A stretch of DNA of 64,000 bases, taken from positions 1 through 64,000 of the forward strand of contig LRSL01000086.1 in the NCBI GenBank assembly GCA_001563335.1, read 5' to 3'. Below are positions 28,495-39,346 of the stretch, piece by piece. A program made the position numbers and the translations under genes. Position 1 is the stretch's first letter, and each line of letters starts with the position of its first letter. The DNA is from Candidatus Thorarchaeota archaeon SMTZ1-45. Its GTDB lineage: Archaea; Asgardarchaeota; Thorarchaeia; Thorarchaeales; Thorarchaeaceae. A model generated the notes under the pieces. It ran no database searches. It had not been told where the DNA came from and was given only the letters and a program-made list of their open reading frames with translations.

Positions 28495-29136
28495 ATGAGT
28501 AAAGAGTTTATCGAACAGTGCTTTTTATGGAACATCTTTATTTTCAATATCCTACAAATGAAGCTCATGTATTATGGCGAGTGTGTGTGTCTCAGAGCAC
28601 TTGAATTAGAGGACCTCGACGATATTTTGAAGCACTGGAACAACCTAGAGCTTCGTCAATATCTAAGCAGTCAGACCCCAATGTCCAGACAAGCTGAACG
28701 TCAGTGGCTGGAACGCGCGACTACTTTAGATCCTTGGCGAGATGGAGGAATGACTCTTGCTATTGAGGATAAGAAAACCAAAGAGTTTCTAGGGACTGTT
28801 AGTTTATTCACCATTTCCTCACAACACAAAGCAGCAGAGTTTGGAATTGCAATACATAACCCGGAGAATCTTAGTAAAGGCTATGGTACGGATGCAACTC
28901 GTGTTATGCTATGGATAGCTTTCCACATTCTAGGTCTTAATAGCGTTTTTCTCAGAACTCTGGATAGTAATAAACGTGCACAGAAAGCCTATGAGAAAGC
29001 AGGTTTCAAAAATGCAGGAGTGACTAGGCAAGGGGCGTTTGTCAAAGGAACTTTCCACGACGCCATCATAATGGACATCCTCAAGGAAGAGTTTCTCAAG
29101 GTATATCCTCCTGGTACTGAAGTTGGAAAACCCTAA
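28495..29136 (+). CDS. RimJ/RimL-family GNAT acetyltransferase (true start probably ~28558-28567)
   Basis: LRALELEDL, AEFGIAI, SKGYGTDA, NKRAQKAYEKAGF. Confidence 0.88.
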   Translation: MSKEFIEQCFLWNIFIFNILQMKLMYYGECVCLRALELEDLDDILKHWNNLELRQYLSSQTPMSRQAERQWLERATTLDPWRDGGMTLAIEDKKTKEFLGTVSLFTISSQHKAAEFGIAIHNPENLSKGYGTDATRVMLWIAFHILGLNSVFLRTLDSNKRAQKAYEKAGFKNAGVTRQGAFVKGTFHDAIIMDILKEEFLKVYPPGTEVGKP

Positions 29137-29227
29137 TTTAATCAACTAATGAAACACAACAATCAAAAAGAGGTCGAGACGTCAAGCCGCCTAATAATCT
29201 CCACAATTTCAGAAGGAGACAATACTA

Positions 29228-31231
29228 ATGTCTGAGTCAACCCTCCAAGAACGTTCAATCAATACAATCCGCTTCTTGTCCGCAGATGCTGTTCAAAAGG
29301 CTAATTCTGGACACCCTGGAATGCCAATGGGTGCTGCTGCGATGGCATACGCTCTATGGACTCGACATCTTCGTTTTAACCCAAAAAACCCAGACTGGTG
29401 GGACCGTGATCGTTTCATCCTCTCTGGAGGTCATGGGTCAATGCTACTTTATTCCTTACTATACCTGACCGGTTACGACGTCAGCATGGAGGACATCAAG
29501 GATTTCAGACAACTGGGTTGCAAGACTCCAGGGCATCCAGAGAATTTCTGCACTCCAGGGGTTGAGGTGACCACTGGACCACTTGGCCAAGGATTGGCAA
29601 ATTCAGTGGGGATGGCAATCGCTGAGGCCCACCTAGCAGCTGTTTTCAACCGAGCTGGCTACAAGATAATTGACCATTTCATCTATACCATCGTTACTGA
29701 TGGCGACCTAATGGAGGGGCTCTCATCTGAGGCAGCATCTCTTGCAGGACACCTTCGTTTGGGGAAGCTAATCCTTCTGTATGATGACAACCTCATCTCA
29801 ATTGATGGAAGCACAAATCTTACATTTACTGAGGATAGAGGAGCGAGATTCGAAGCATTTGGATGGCATGTACAACATGTAAACGATGGTAACGATGTTG
29901 ATGCTGTGGATAGGGCAATTGAGAGAGCAAAGAATGATCCACGTCCATCACTGATACTCTGTAGGACACATATTGGGTATGGATTACCAAACAAACAGGA
30001 CACAGAGAAAGCACATGGCGAGCCAGCAGGTGAGGAGGAATTGGCTGGTGCCAAGAGGAAACTTGGTTGGCCACTTGAATCAAAGTTCTATGTTCCTGAT
30101 GATGTCTTGGAATACTATCGAAATATAGGAGAAGAAGGCGCAGAAAAAGAGAGAGCATGGAATAAACGATTTGACTCTTATAGCAAGGCATATCCTGAAC
30201 TAGCAGCTGAACTTGAAAGAAGAATGAAAGGTCAACTCGTAGAGGGTTGGGATAGCGATTTACCTACTTTTGATGTAGATGATGGCCCTCTTGCAACTCG
30301 AGTTGCTTCTGGAAAGGTCATCAATGCCCTCGCACTGAAGCTTCCAGAGATGATTGGAGGCTCAGCAGATCTGACTCCATCAAACAAGACATGGATTAAC
30401 AATAGCCCATCATTCCAAGCGGATTCACCAGAGGGCAGAAATATTCACTATGGTGTCCGTGAGCATACTATGGGTGCAGCTGTTAATGGAATGGCAGCTC
30501 ATGGAGGAATAATCCCATTCAGTGGAACGTTTCTCATGTTCTCAGATTACATGCGTCCATCAATCCGATTATCAGCCTTATCCAAACATCGAAGTATCTG
30601 GGTTTTTACACATGATAGCATTGGTGTTGGAGAGGATGGACCTACTCACCAACCAGTAGAGCATCTGGCATCACTAAGAACTATTCCAGGACTTGTTGTG
30701 ATTCGTCCTGGAGATGCCAATGAAGTGGTGGAAGCTTGGAGAATATCTATTGAGCGGAGCCAAGGTCCAACCCTTATGGCATTTACACGACAGAATGTTC
30801 CTATCCTAAATCGGAATAAATACGCACCAGCAACTGGTCTGAGAAAGGGGGCATATGTACTTGTAGACCTAGGAAATACACCAGAGATTATTCTTATGGC
30901 AACGGGATCTGAGGTTCCATTGATTGTTCAAGCTGGGGAGGAACTGTACGATGAGGGAATTAGTGTACGACTTGTTTCATTCCCAAGCTGGGAGTTATTT
31001 GAGAGTCAGAATAAAGAATATCGTGATTCCGTTCTGTTACCCAGTGTAAAGAAAAGACTAGCTGTCGAAGCAGGAGTTTCACAAGGATGGAAAAAATGGG
31101 TAGGAGATGATGGAGACATTATATCAGTTGATAAATTCGGAAAATCAGCTCCTTCAAAGGTGATATTTGAGGCATATGGATTCACAGTAGAGAACATCCT
31201 TGATAGAGCGCGAAAACTACTTGAAAAATGA
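29228..31231 (+). CDS. tkt: transketolase, full-length bacterial type
   Basis: [27 protein letters not shown]...[24 protein letters not shown]. Confidence 0.97.
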   Translation: MSESTLQERSINTIRFLSADAVQKANSGHPGMPMGAAAMAYALWTRHLRFNPKNPDWWDRDRFILSGGHGSMLLYSLLYLTGYDVSMEDIKDFRQLGCKTPGHPENFCTPGVEVTTGPLGQGLANSVGMAIAEAHLAAVFNRAGYKIIDHFIYTIVTDGDLMEGLSSEAASLAGHLRLGKLILLYDDNLISIDGSTNLTFTEDRGARFEAFGWHVQHVNDGNDVDAVDRAIERAKNDPRPSLILCRTHIGYGLPNKQDTEKAHGEPAGEEELAGAKRKLGWPLESKFYVPDDVLEYYRNIGEEGAEKERAWNKRFDSYSKAYPELAAELERRMKGQLVEGWDSDLPTFDVDDGPLATRVASGKVINALALKLPEMIGGSADLTPSNKTWINNSPSFQADSPEGRNIHYGVREHTMGAAVNGMAAHGGIIPFSGTFLMFSDYMRPSIRLSALSKHRSIWVFTHDSIGVGEDGPTHQPVEHLASLRTIPGLVVIRPGDANEVVEAWRISIERSQGPTLMAFTRQNVPILNRNKYAPATGLRKGAYVLVDLGNTPEIILMATGSEVPLIVQAGEELYDEGISVRLVSFPSWELFESQNKEYRDSVLLPSVKKRLAVEAGVSQGWKKWVGDDGDIISVDKFGKSAPSKVIFEAYGFTVENILDRARKLLEK

Positions 31232-31374
31232 TCAAGTCTTTCAAAGGATTTCAAGTTTTCATAAACCTTTAAACATGAGAATAAGTGTTTATAGGCCTTC
31301 TTATTATACCGTTGTCCCTTTTCTGTTCAACACTCCCTATAAATACTAAATTCTGGGTATATCTTGGTGATTCA

Positions 31375-32322
31375 GTGAATATCTATCAAAAAACATCACT
31401 TGCACTCTTTGCCCTCTTGTTGATAGGGATTGGAGTGCCACTTGCAGCCGCGCAGAGCACGGGAATTCTATACCAGTATTCCGCTGGCATTGCGTCACTT
31501 GAAACAGATGACATCGCTATCAAAGTCACAGGGAATGATCAAGCCCCACACTTTCATTGGTGGGACCCTAACAATCCGACTGTAGACTATCATGTCATGT
31601 TTGTCAGAATGTTTGAAGCGAATGACACCGATTCAAACGGAATCTTTGACAATGGAACTGACATTATGATTGGCGCTCCATTTGTCCTACCTACAACAGG
31701 TTGGGGTTTCAGTGACTTTGAAACAGTCGAGGAAGATGGAAATATTACTGAGGTGCATTTCAACTTCACAACTGAAGCTACCTTTGACCCTCGTCCAGAA
31801 GGCACAGGGGTGGACTATGGAAATCTACCAAGTCTACCAGAGTTCGATTTGGAGATTGAGGTCAGGATACACATGTATCTTGAGAGTCCAGGCGAGTTCA
31901 AATTTGACCTTATAGTCGACGGTTGGAGCTGGACCTATGAGGACTCTCTCCTAGTTCTCATGTTCACAGTGACTGAGAGTACCCATGGGCAATCTCATGG
32001 TGATACTGATCCGTCAGGATTCCATAGAACAGGAACTAAGTTCCAGTTCGAGAACGGGTACTTCGAGTATAATGAAACCGCTCTTGCAGCCAACAACACA
32101 CTGCAGGTTAGAGCCAGTTATGGTGACGCTCCAGGAGCGTATTCAGGGAATGCTGTCTATCTCTCCTTTGAGAACTTTGGTAACGAAACTCTAGAGTACG
32201 ATCCAATACTTGGTGTTCTTTCCCCCGTACCAGGGCTTGTCCTTGATCCAATGACTCTTGGACTTGTGGCTGGAGCTGCAGTCATAGTTATCTTGGCTGT
32301 TGTTCTAGTCAGGAGAAAGTAG
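31375..32322 (+). CDS. secreted, C-terminally membrane-anchored acidic beta-rich protein
   Basis: GTG start after GGTGA; signal peptide, several N-x-S/T sequons, YDP motif, TM helix followed by RRK. Confidence 0.8.
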   Translation: MNIYQKTSLALFALLLIGIGVPLAAAQSTGILYQYSAGIASLETDDIAIKVTGNDQAPHFHWWDPNNPTVDYHVMFVRMFEANDTDSNGIFDNGTDIMIGAPFVLPTTGWGFSDFETVEEDGNITEVHFNFTTEATFDPRPEGTGVDYGNLPSLPEFDLEIEVRIHMYLESPGEFKFDLIVDGWSWTYEDSLLVLMFTVTESTHGQSHGDTDPSGFHRTGTKFQFENGYFEYNETALAANNTLQVRASYGDAPGAYSGNAVYLSFENFGNETLEYDPILGVLSPVPGLVLDPMTLGLVAGAAVIVILAVVLVRRK

Positions 32323-32329
32323 TACATCA

Positions 32330-32366
32330 GAGGAAGCGGCCAGTCTGCTTCCTCAAACCTCTTTTT
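32330..32366 (+). terminator. hairpin plus T-tract
   Basis: GAGGAAGC/GCTTCCTC followed by CTTTTT. Confidence 0.6.
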
Positions 32367-32389
32367 GTTGTTTTAATTTCATTGGAAAG

Positions 32390-32692
32390 TTAGTTCTTCC
32401 TTTTCAGCTTTAGCAACTTGACCAGCATCACATAGTGCTTGCGAATTGTCGTTTTAGAAACGCCAATCATGTCAGTCAATGATTATTGAGTGATTGGATC
32501 CTAAGTCAGAATTGCAGCAATGTAGATTGCTGCCCCTATTATCCCACTAGCATTCAGTTCAGTGAGAATCTCCTTTGTTCTCTCATCATCCAGAATGGTT
32601 AAACACCTTATCCGGGTCTGTTCAGGAAGACAAAGTTCGGTAAGAACTTGCCTCGCTGATTGATTAATTCTTTCAAAGTTAAGTTCAGTCAT
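32390..32692 (-). pseudogene. single-cyclin-repeat TFB-like gene with two in-frame stops
   Basis: Reads GAAIYIAAILT*DPITQ*SLTDMIGVSKTTIRKHY, colinear with [35 protein letters not shown] of the TFB at 62003-63004. Confidence 0.75.
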
Positions 32693-32808
32693 AGATAAAC
32701 CTCTCAGGTTTAGTATATAATATGCGTGAAAAAACAGGCTCTAAGCTTGTTATATAAGGCGAAAGATTTCACAGACCGAAAGGCTTAATTAGTTAGGTGC
32801 CGAACTAG

Positions 32809-33312
32809 TTGATTAGGGTCCGAACTAATAGGAGGCTGTCTGTGTTGGATGAACCTGAAATCAGAGAGATGTGTCTGAATCTTCTAGATACTGGGTGGCC
32901 AGCGTATCTGACAACAATTGATGATGGGGGATTTCCTCAAACACGTGCAATGTTCAATCTAAGGAATAAGGAGAGGTTTCCCAAGCTCATACCAATCTTT
33001 GATGGACACAGTTCAGACTTTATGATTCTCTTCTCAACAAATACATCATCAACAAAGGTAAGAGACATCAGGAGAAACGGTGCTGTTTCAGTTTATTATT
33101 GCAATCCTGAGAACTGGTGTGGAGTCATGTTTGGTGGAAACATTGAGATTGTTCAGGACTCCGAGCTGAAAAAAGCAATTTGGCATGAGGGGTGGGAACG
33201 GTATTACGCTGGAGGTTATGATGATCCAGATCATACTCTTCTAAGACTCATACCCACTACAGCTCGTGGATGGACTGGGAGTTCAACTTTCAAAATTGAC
33301 TTAGGTGATTAG
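32809..33312 (+). CDS. pyridoxamine 5'-phosphate oxidase-like (general stress protein 26-type) flavin-binding protein
   Basis: YLTTIDDGGFPQTRAM, FSTNTSSTKV, GGYDDPD. Confidence 0.82.
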   Translation: MIRVRTNRRLSVLDEPEIREMCLNLLDTGWPAYLTTIDDGGFPQTRAMFNLRNKERFPKLIPIFDGHSSDFMILFSTNTSSTKVRDIRRNGAVSVYYCNPENWCGVMFGGNIEIVQDSELKKAIWHEGWERYYAGGYDDPDHTLLRLIPTTARGWTGSSTFKIDLGD

Positions 33313-33314
33313 AA

Positions 33315-33767
33315 ATGATGTCACAACGAGAGGGTGGATTCTTAATTACCCAGATTCATCATCTGGGGAGAAGAGTGTTTGCAGAGCTACTGAAAAAACG
33401 TGACATTGAGATTAGTCCTGGACAAGGACGGATTCTGTTTTCACTCTGGAAAAAGGACGAAGTGCCTATCAATGTCCTCGCTAAACGAACTCTTCTGCGA
33501 AAGTCAACATTGAGCGAGCTGCTAGATAATCTTGAAGCTGCAGGACATATCAAGCGTGTTCAGTCAGAGGAGGATAAGAGAAAGACTTTGATTCGATTGA
33601 CTGAAACATCTAGAAGTCTTGAGAGAATGTACATAGAGGTCTCCGTCGAAATGACAAATCTGTTCTATAAAGGATTTACACCTGAAGAAATAGACCTGTT
33701 TGAGAAGTACCTCCGTAGAGTATTGGATAACTTGGTTGATGTGGAGTCAAGTGAGGTTGGAGAATAG
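33315..33767 (+). CDS. MarR family regulator
   Basis: QGRILFSLW, LLDNLEAAGHIKR, DKRKTLIRLT. Confidence 0.9.
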   Translation: MMSQREGGFLITQIHHLGRRVFAELLKKRDIEISPGQGRILFSLWKKDEVPINVLAKRTLLRKSTLSELLDNLEAAGHIKRVQSEEDKRKTLIRLTETSRSLERMYIEVSVEMTNLFYKGFTPEEIDLFEKYLRRVLDNLVDVESSEVGE

Positions 33768-33792
33768 AAAAGGGTCCATTAATGCGATTGAT

Positions 33793-35277
33793 CTAATTGA
33801 ATCTACGCTTGATGATGAGAATAGACATCACTAGAGCAAAACCTAAGGTAACACCCATAGTCAAGGAAAGCAGATAGGTATCATTTGATGATTCCCATGG
33901 AGTATAGGTGGGGCTTGTTAGATTTGTAGTGATGCTGTGAGTAGTTGTTGGACCTGTTGGAGAAGTTGTTGTTGAGGTTGCTGTTGAAGAAATTTGAAAA
34001 TTGATTGGCAACGGAGGTTGAACATCCATGTTTTCTTGTGTGAATATTTCGGAGGTATAATTGTCCATTACCTCGACAAAAGCACTGATAGTTTCCTTGA
34101 TTTGACTATCTGAAAGCATCTCAGGCACCGAGGTCATTAGCTGTTCATATGCATTCACTGTGAAGTCTTCAGCAAAGAACGCAAACTTCTGCACTTCTCT
34201 TACGCGTTCGGGAAACAGTAACCACGAAATAGAATTAGAGTAACGGGCTCTAGCAGATTGGTACTTTTCTTGCGTATGAAGCCAAAGGTCCTCAATACTC
34301 TCAGGAATAAATTCAGCATACACCATTGAGGGCACAAATACTCCAACAATTGGATTTGAGCCACATGCAGTCCACATACAGTTCAAGATCCCATCATATC
34401 TTTCGTCCCCACTCACAGCAACCATTGTAGCTACAGTGTTAGGATTACATGCTTCACCGTCTATGGAGAAGTTTGCAGTTCCAAGCTCCTTATGGTGCAC
34501 ATAACGTGACACGTTCTGCATTACATGCTTTGGAGAGATGTATCCATTCATACTATATACCTCATCAAGCGCATCTAGAAGATACTGGTCTCTGCCATTA
34601 GGTCCACTTGCTGCTCCTGGAAAGATACGAGGATGATTTGCACGGGTGTCATATCCATTTATCACATACTGAACATACGCTTTCGTGTTGCTAATTTCAA
34701 AGAAAGCCCCTACCCCAAATCGATCTATAACTCCGACACAAGTAGCTATATTTCCAAGAGATGCTCGATAGACAGGACCAATTATAGAGTAGCTGTTATT
34801 TAATGCATGAGCTACGTCTGATACTGACTCAAACAGCTCTAATATTCTTTGATTTAGCAGTACGTTGCCTGTTATTGGTTCTGAACCAGCCAGTGCTGGT
34901 AAGTATGTATTCATCACTGCTAGACCTTTCTCATTAATTCCCATTGTATTTGTATTTACACCAACGTATGCATAGGTATTTGCAGTTGCAGGAGTATAGA
35001 CTGGAATATTCATTCGTTCATCAATAAGGTCCCGATTTTTCATTAAGATTGCACGACCATCTCTTGTGGCATTTCCTGTTACAATCACAGAGCTACATGC
35101 CTGATTTTGGTCTTCTGTATAGTTTATTGGGAAACTGGTTGGTAGTACTGAGTGAGTTTCCTCACAGATCAAATCTTGTTTATAATCGAGTGATATTTCA
35201 TTGATGCTCGATGTTGAAACTAAAACTATAAACAGTATACAAAGTAGAATGTTTGCGTTTCTTTTATAGCCATTCAT
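33793..35277 (-). CDS. Ntn-hydrolase (C45/C69-like), secreted and membrane-anchored
   Basis: A|CSSVIVTG...GRAILMKNRD, MGINEKGL, RANH; Thr-rich linker and C-terminal TM helix. Confidence 0.75.
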   Translation of the reverse strand: MNGYKRNANILLCILFIVLVSTSSINEISLDYKQDLICEETHSVLPTSFPINYTEDQNQACSSVIVTGNATRDGRAILMKNRDLIDERMNIPVYTPATANTYAYVGVNTNTMGINEKGLAVMNTYLPALAGSEPITGNVLLNQRILELFESVSDVAHALNNSYSIIGPVYRASLGNIATCVGVIDRFGVGAFFEISNTKAYVQYVINGYDTRANHPRIFPGAASGPNGRDQYLLDALDEVYSMNGYISPKHVMQNVSRYVHHKELGTANFSIDGEACNPNTVATMVAVSGDERYDGILNCMWTACGSNPIVGVFVPSMVYAEFIPESIEDLWLHTQEKYQSARARYSNSISWLLFPERVREVQKFAFFAEDFTVNAYEQLMTSVPEMLSDSQIKETISAFVEVMDNYTSEIFTQENMDVQPPLPINFQISSTATSTTTSPTGPTTTHSITTNLTSPTYTPWESSNDTYLLSLTMGVTLGFALVMSILIIKRRFN

Positions 35278-35386
35278 AGCCCATCAGTTTCCTCATTGCA
35301 TTATTCACAATTAGAGAATAAAAAAGAGGCTTCTGACGCAATTTTGACAGCCACTAATAAAAGGAGATGGCATCTTTAATCATATT

Positions 35387-36178
35387 ATGGCATACAATAT
35401 ACGACATCTGACAGATGATTTAGTTGACGATGTGGTTAATATTCTTGCTAAGAATTCATTATCAAACATCACGCTGATTGCTGATTGTACTCAACTTAGA
35501 GAGTGGTGTGATGTTCGAGTATTGATACACGATGACCAAATCAATGCGATTTTCTCATTCTACAGTGATTTGGATTTCTTGGCAACAGCGTTTTGGTGCA
35601 GAGATGTCGGATCACTGCAAAAATTAATGGCAGATTATTCAGAAGAATTGGGAAACAAAGAGTTCATTGCAATCTGCACAAAGGAGCAGCTAGACCAGTT
35701 CGAAAAAGTCTGCGTTGTTCTAAAACCAATCAGAGAAAGGCAAATGATTGCTGACAGAACCACAGAATTGCATTGCGAGTGTAAATCAACACCAATCAGA
35801 CTATCTATGAAAGATGCTGAGAAGCTCAAAGAATTGTATAGACTCAGTGGTACGCCAGCATGGACCCCTAATGCCATGACCTTGGGACCTTTCTACGGGG
35901 TTGTAGATGATGATGAAATGATATCAGTTGCTGGCATTCATTATGTTACTCCCTATGGAGCAGAGATAGGTAATATTGCCACACACCCTAATCACCGACG
36001 GAAGGGATTCGCAGCCGCTTGTATCAAGGCAGTTGTCGAAGAAGTTTTGGAGAATTCCGAATTGGCAATTCTCCATTATTTTGCTGATAATCTTCCAGCT
36101 CAGAATTTGTATGAGAGAATGGGATTTAGGTACTCAAAGGCTGATCCTGTGTACTTTGTTCGAGCTGCCTGCAAGTAA
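35387..36178 (+). CDS. GNAT acetyltransferase (FR47-like)
   Basis: EIGNIATHPNHRRKGFA, NLPAQNLYERMGF. Confidence 0.85.
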   Translation: MAYNIRHLTDDLVDDVVNILAKNSLSNITLIADCTQLREWCDVRVLIHDDQINAIFSFYSDLDFLATAFWCRDVGSLQKLMADYSEELGNKEFIAICTKEQLDQFEKVCVVLKPIRERQMIADRTTELHCECKSTPIRLSMKDAEKLKELYRLSGTPAWTPNAMTLGPFYGVVDDDEMISVAGIHYVTPYGAEIGNIATHPNHRRKGFAAACIKAVVEEVLENSELAILHYFADNLPAQNLYERMGFRYSKADPVYFVRAACK

Positions 36179-36330
36179 TAATTAGTTAGCATTTGACAAT
36201 ACTCTAAGAGATGGACGAGAGTCTATCTCTTCAGTGATAAGATAAAGAGAGTCAAATATAGAAGGGGGGCTTATAGGAATATAAGCAGTTCAACTTGTGA
36301 GAGAGAATCCGCCGGTGAGGAGATAATAAG

Positions 36331-39300
36331 TTGAAAGTTGAGAAACGTGATAAGAGAATAGTGGAGTTCGATGATTCCAAGATTGAGGCGGCTATAACAA
36401 AGGCATTTGAATCGATCAATGCGGACACAGGTCCTGTACGTGGTCTAACAAAGGAAGTCGTTCAGATAATTCACGAGAAGGAAAGAGATGTCATCCATAT
36501 TGAGGAGATACAAGACATTGTTGAAGACACTCTGATGCTCAGAGGTTTCACAGAGATTGCTCGACGCTATATGAAATACCGAGAGAAGCACAATGAGGCT
36601 CGGAAGATACTCCAGATGATGGGAGTTGTTGATGACCTCAAGTTTGGGCCTAATGCAGCAACCGTCCTCTCGAGATATCTTCTGAAGGATGAGGAGGGAA
36701 ATCCAACAGAAACCCCATCACAGCTCTTTCGTAGAGTTTCAGGAGCTGTGGCGAGTATCGAAAAGAAGTATGACAAGAATGCTGATGTGAGGGAATATGA
36801 CGATCTCTTCTATTACATGATGGCAAACCTTGAGTTTCTACCAAACAGTCCGACTCTCTTCAATGCAGGTACAGAGATAGGCCAGTGCAGTGCCTGTTTT
36901 GTACTACCTATTGAGGACAACATGGACTCAATATTTACTTCACTCAAACATATGGCTGTGGTTCAGAAATCAGGCGGTGGTACGGGGTTCTCATTTTCAA
37001 GATTAAGACCAGTAGGATCAACCGTTGGAACCACTGGGGGAGTGGCTAGCGGTCCAATCTCTTTCATGAGAGTATACGACACTGCAACAGAGATCATCAA
37101 GCAGGGTGGACGTCGCAGAGGAGCAAATATGGCCATACTCAGATGCGATCATCCAGACATAATGGAATTTATAGCTTGTAAGTCCGATAAGCAGACCTTT
37201 AGAAATTTCAACATCTCGGTTGCATTAACGAGTGAGTTCATTAATGCCCTACAGGGTGACAAAGAAATCAACCTTGTTGCACCTCATAATGGCGTAAAAA
37301 TTCAGAGTATACGAGCAAGAGTGATTTTCGACGCGATTGTATATAATGCATGGAGTACAGGAGATCCAGGAATAGTCTTCATCGACCGTATTAATGATGA
37401 ACATCCACTAGGTGGCGAGCTGATAGAATCAACAAATCCATGCGTATCCGGAAATACTATAGTAAGTACAGATGTTGGTCTGTTGAGTATTCAAGATGTA
37501 CCTGGGGTGATAAAGACTGCAAAGAAACTTGTTTATTGTCTTAAGACCAAAGAGGGATACCAAGTCAAAGTCACAAATGATCATCGAATACTAACGACAA
37601 CAGGGTGGAAGCAAGCTGGAGATTTGAGTAAAGGTGATTTTATTTGCCTTCAGAGTACAGAAGGAGGATTTGGTAAAACAGGGAATCTTAGAATTGGTCA
37701 AATTCTTGGGTGGTATGTTGGTGATGGTTGGAATACAGGAACTGACCAACGTGCTACTCTTGCTTTCTATGGCGATGATAAAGGTAAGTTAGCTCAGTAC
37801 TTCTGTGATATTGTAAATGAGGAGCTTGAGTCCGACTTAGTGGTCATTAAAAGCAAGAATCGTGAGGAAGTTAGATCAAGAAGAATCTTGAATCTAGTTC
37901 AAGAGTGGGGGATGGAATCAAAGGAGATATCAAATCCAATTCTCTCTTCATCTGCTGATTGCCAAAGAGGTTTCCTACAAGGGTTATTCACTGCAGACGG
38001 TTCGATTCAGGGAAAGCCTGAGAAAGGAATCTCAGTGCGACTATCGCAAAGTAATCTGGACAGTCTTCGTAGTGTACAGATTATGTTGTTGAATTTCGGT
38101 ATTGCTTCGAAAATCTATGATAATCGTCGACGAGAACAAATGCGATTATTACCTGATAGTAAAGGGGAACCAAAACACTACAAGACTAAGGCAAATCATG
38201 AGCTTGTCATATCAAAGGAGAATATTGTGAAATTCCGTGATCAAATCGGTTTTCTGTTAGAGTACAAACAGAGTCGTTTAGTCAAAGGTCTTGATTCATT
38301 GAGTATCCGTGGGCCATATAAGGAGAATTTTCTGGCTCGGTTTGAATCACTCACACCTCAATTGGAGGAAGATGTCTTTGACATTGTTGGTACTCCACAT
38401 TGTGGATTTGTGGGGAATGGGATTGTTGTGCATAATTGTGGTGAACAACCCCTGATGCCCTATGAGTCATGCGTCTTGGGAAGCATCAACCTCTCACGAA
38501 TGGTCAAAGATGGAGAGATCGATTGGTCAAGACTTGAAGAGGTCGTAAAGCTCGCGGTTCGTTTTCTTGATAATATCATCGATTTAAACGTCTATCCAGT
38601 GCTTGAGATTGAACAGGTTACCAAAGCCAATAGGAAGATTGGTTTAGGCATCATGGGATTTGCTGAGCTTCTTATTAAATTGAGAAATCCCTATGACTCA
38701 GAGAAGGGACTAGAAAAAGCCGAAGAGGTGATGTCATTCATTCGACAAAAGGCTGAGAGAGCATCAAGCGAACTTGCAAAGATTAGAGGTAATTTCGAGA
38801 ACTTCGCACTCTTGAAAAAGCGTAATAGGTGGAAACGAAATGCATCTCTGATCACTGTTGCACCAACGGGCAGTATTAGTCTAATCGCACAAACAAGCAG
38901 TGGTATTGAACCATTATTTGCAATCGCTCACAGTCGTATGCTTGCTGAGGGAATCCATCTGAGTGAAGTGAGTCCGCTATTCGAGAGAGTTGCAGTGGAA
39001 AGAGGTTTCTGGAATGACGAAATAGAGCATGAAGTCGCAAGATCAGGTTCGGTTCAACAAATTGATGGAGTTCCAGATGATATAAAACAGGTCTTCAAGG
39101 CAGCACATGAGATAAGTCCAGAATGGCATGTTAGAATGCAGGCGGCTTTTCAGAAGCATACTGATAATGCTGTAAGTAAAACTGTTAATCTGCCAAACAG
39201 TGCCACGACTGAAGATGTTGAGCAAATATTTTTGCTAGCTAATCAGTTGGGACTCAAGGGTACAACTGTATTTAGAGATGGATGTCTAGGCGGAGTTCAG

Positions 39301-39336
39301 GTCTTGTATCCAGGATGTCAAAATTGCGATTCCTAG
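36331..39336 (+). CDS. nrdJ: class II (B12-dependent) ribonucleotide reductase with ATP cone and intein
   Basis: ATP cone (VEKRDKRIVEFD), PNSPTLFNAG, SACFV, GGGTG, RRGANM, NP|C...|CGEQ, RKIGLG, APTGSIS. Confidence 0.95.
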   Translation: MKVEKRDKRIVEFDDSKIEAAITKAFESINADTGPVRGLTKEVVQIIHEKERDVIHIEEIQDIVEDTLMLRGFTEIARRYMKYREKHNEARKILQMMGVVDDLKFGPNAATVLSRYLLKDEEGNPTETPSQLFRRVSGAVASIEKKYDKNADVREYDDLFYYMMANLEFLPNSPTLFNAGTEIGQCSACFVLPIEDNMDSIFTSLKHMAVVQKSGGGTGFSFSRLRPVGSTVGTTGGVASGPISFMRVYDTATEIIKQGGRRRGANMAILRCDHPDIMEFIACKSDKQTFRNFNISVALTSEFINALQGDKEINLVAPHNGVKIQSIRARVIFDAIVYNAWSTGDPGIVFIDRINDEHPLGGELIESTNPCVSGNTIVSTDVGLLSIQDVPGVIKTAKKLVYCLKTKEGYQVKVTNDHRILTTTGWKQAGDLSKGDFICLQSTEGGFGKTGNLRIGQILGWYVGDGWNTGTDQRATLAFYGDDKGKLAQYFCDIVNEELESDLVVIKSKNREEVRSRRILNLVQEWGMESKEISNPILSSSADCQRGFLQGLFTADGSIQGKPEKGISVRLSQSNLDSLRSVQIMLLNFGIASKIYDNRRREQMRLLPDSKGEPKHYKTKANHELVISKENIVKFRDQIGFLLEYKQSRLVKGLDSLSIRGPYKENFLARFESLTPQLEEDVFDIVGTPHCGFVGNGIVVHNCGEQPLMPYESCVLGSINLSRMVKDGEIDWSRLEEVVKLAVRFLDNIIDLNVYPVLEIEQVTKANRKIGLGIMGFAELLIKLRNPYDSEKGLEKAEEVMSFIRQKAERASSELAKIRGNFENFALLKKRNRWKRNASLITVAPTGSISLIAQTSSGIEPLFAIAHSRMLAEGIHLSEVSPLFERVAVERGFWNDEIEHEVARSGSVQQIDGVPDDIKQVFKAAHEISPEWHVRMQAAFQKHTDNAVSKTVNLPNSATTEDVEQIFLLANQLGLKGTTVFRDGCLGGVQVLYPGCQNCDS
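37441..38436 (+). mobile_element. intein with LAGLIDADG homing endonuclease (332 aa)
   Basis: Starts CVSGNT, has block B VTNDHRIL, LGWYVGDG and FLQGLFTADG, and ends VVHN|C; inserted immediately before the catalytic Cys of NPCGE. Confidence 0.95.
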
Positions 39337-39346
39337 AGACCATTGC

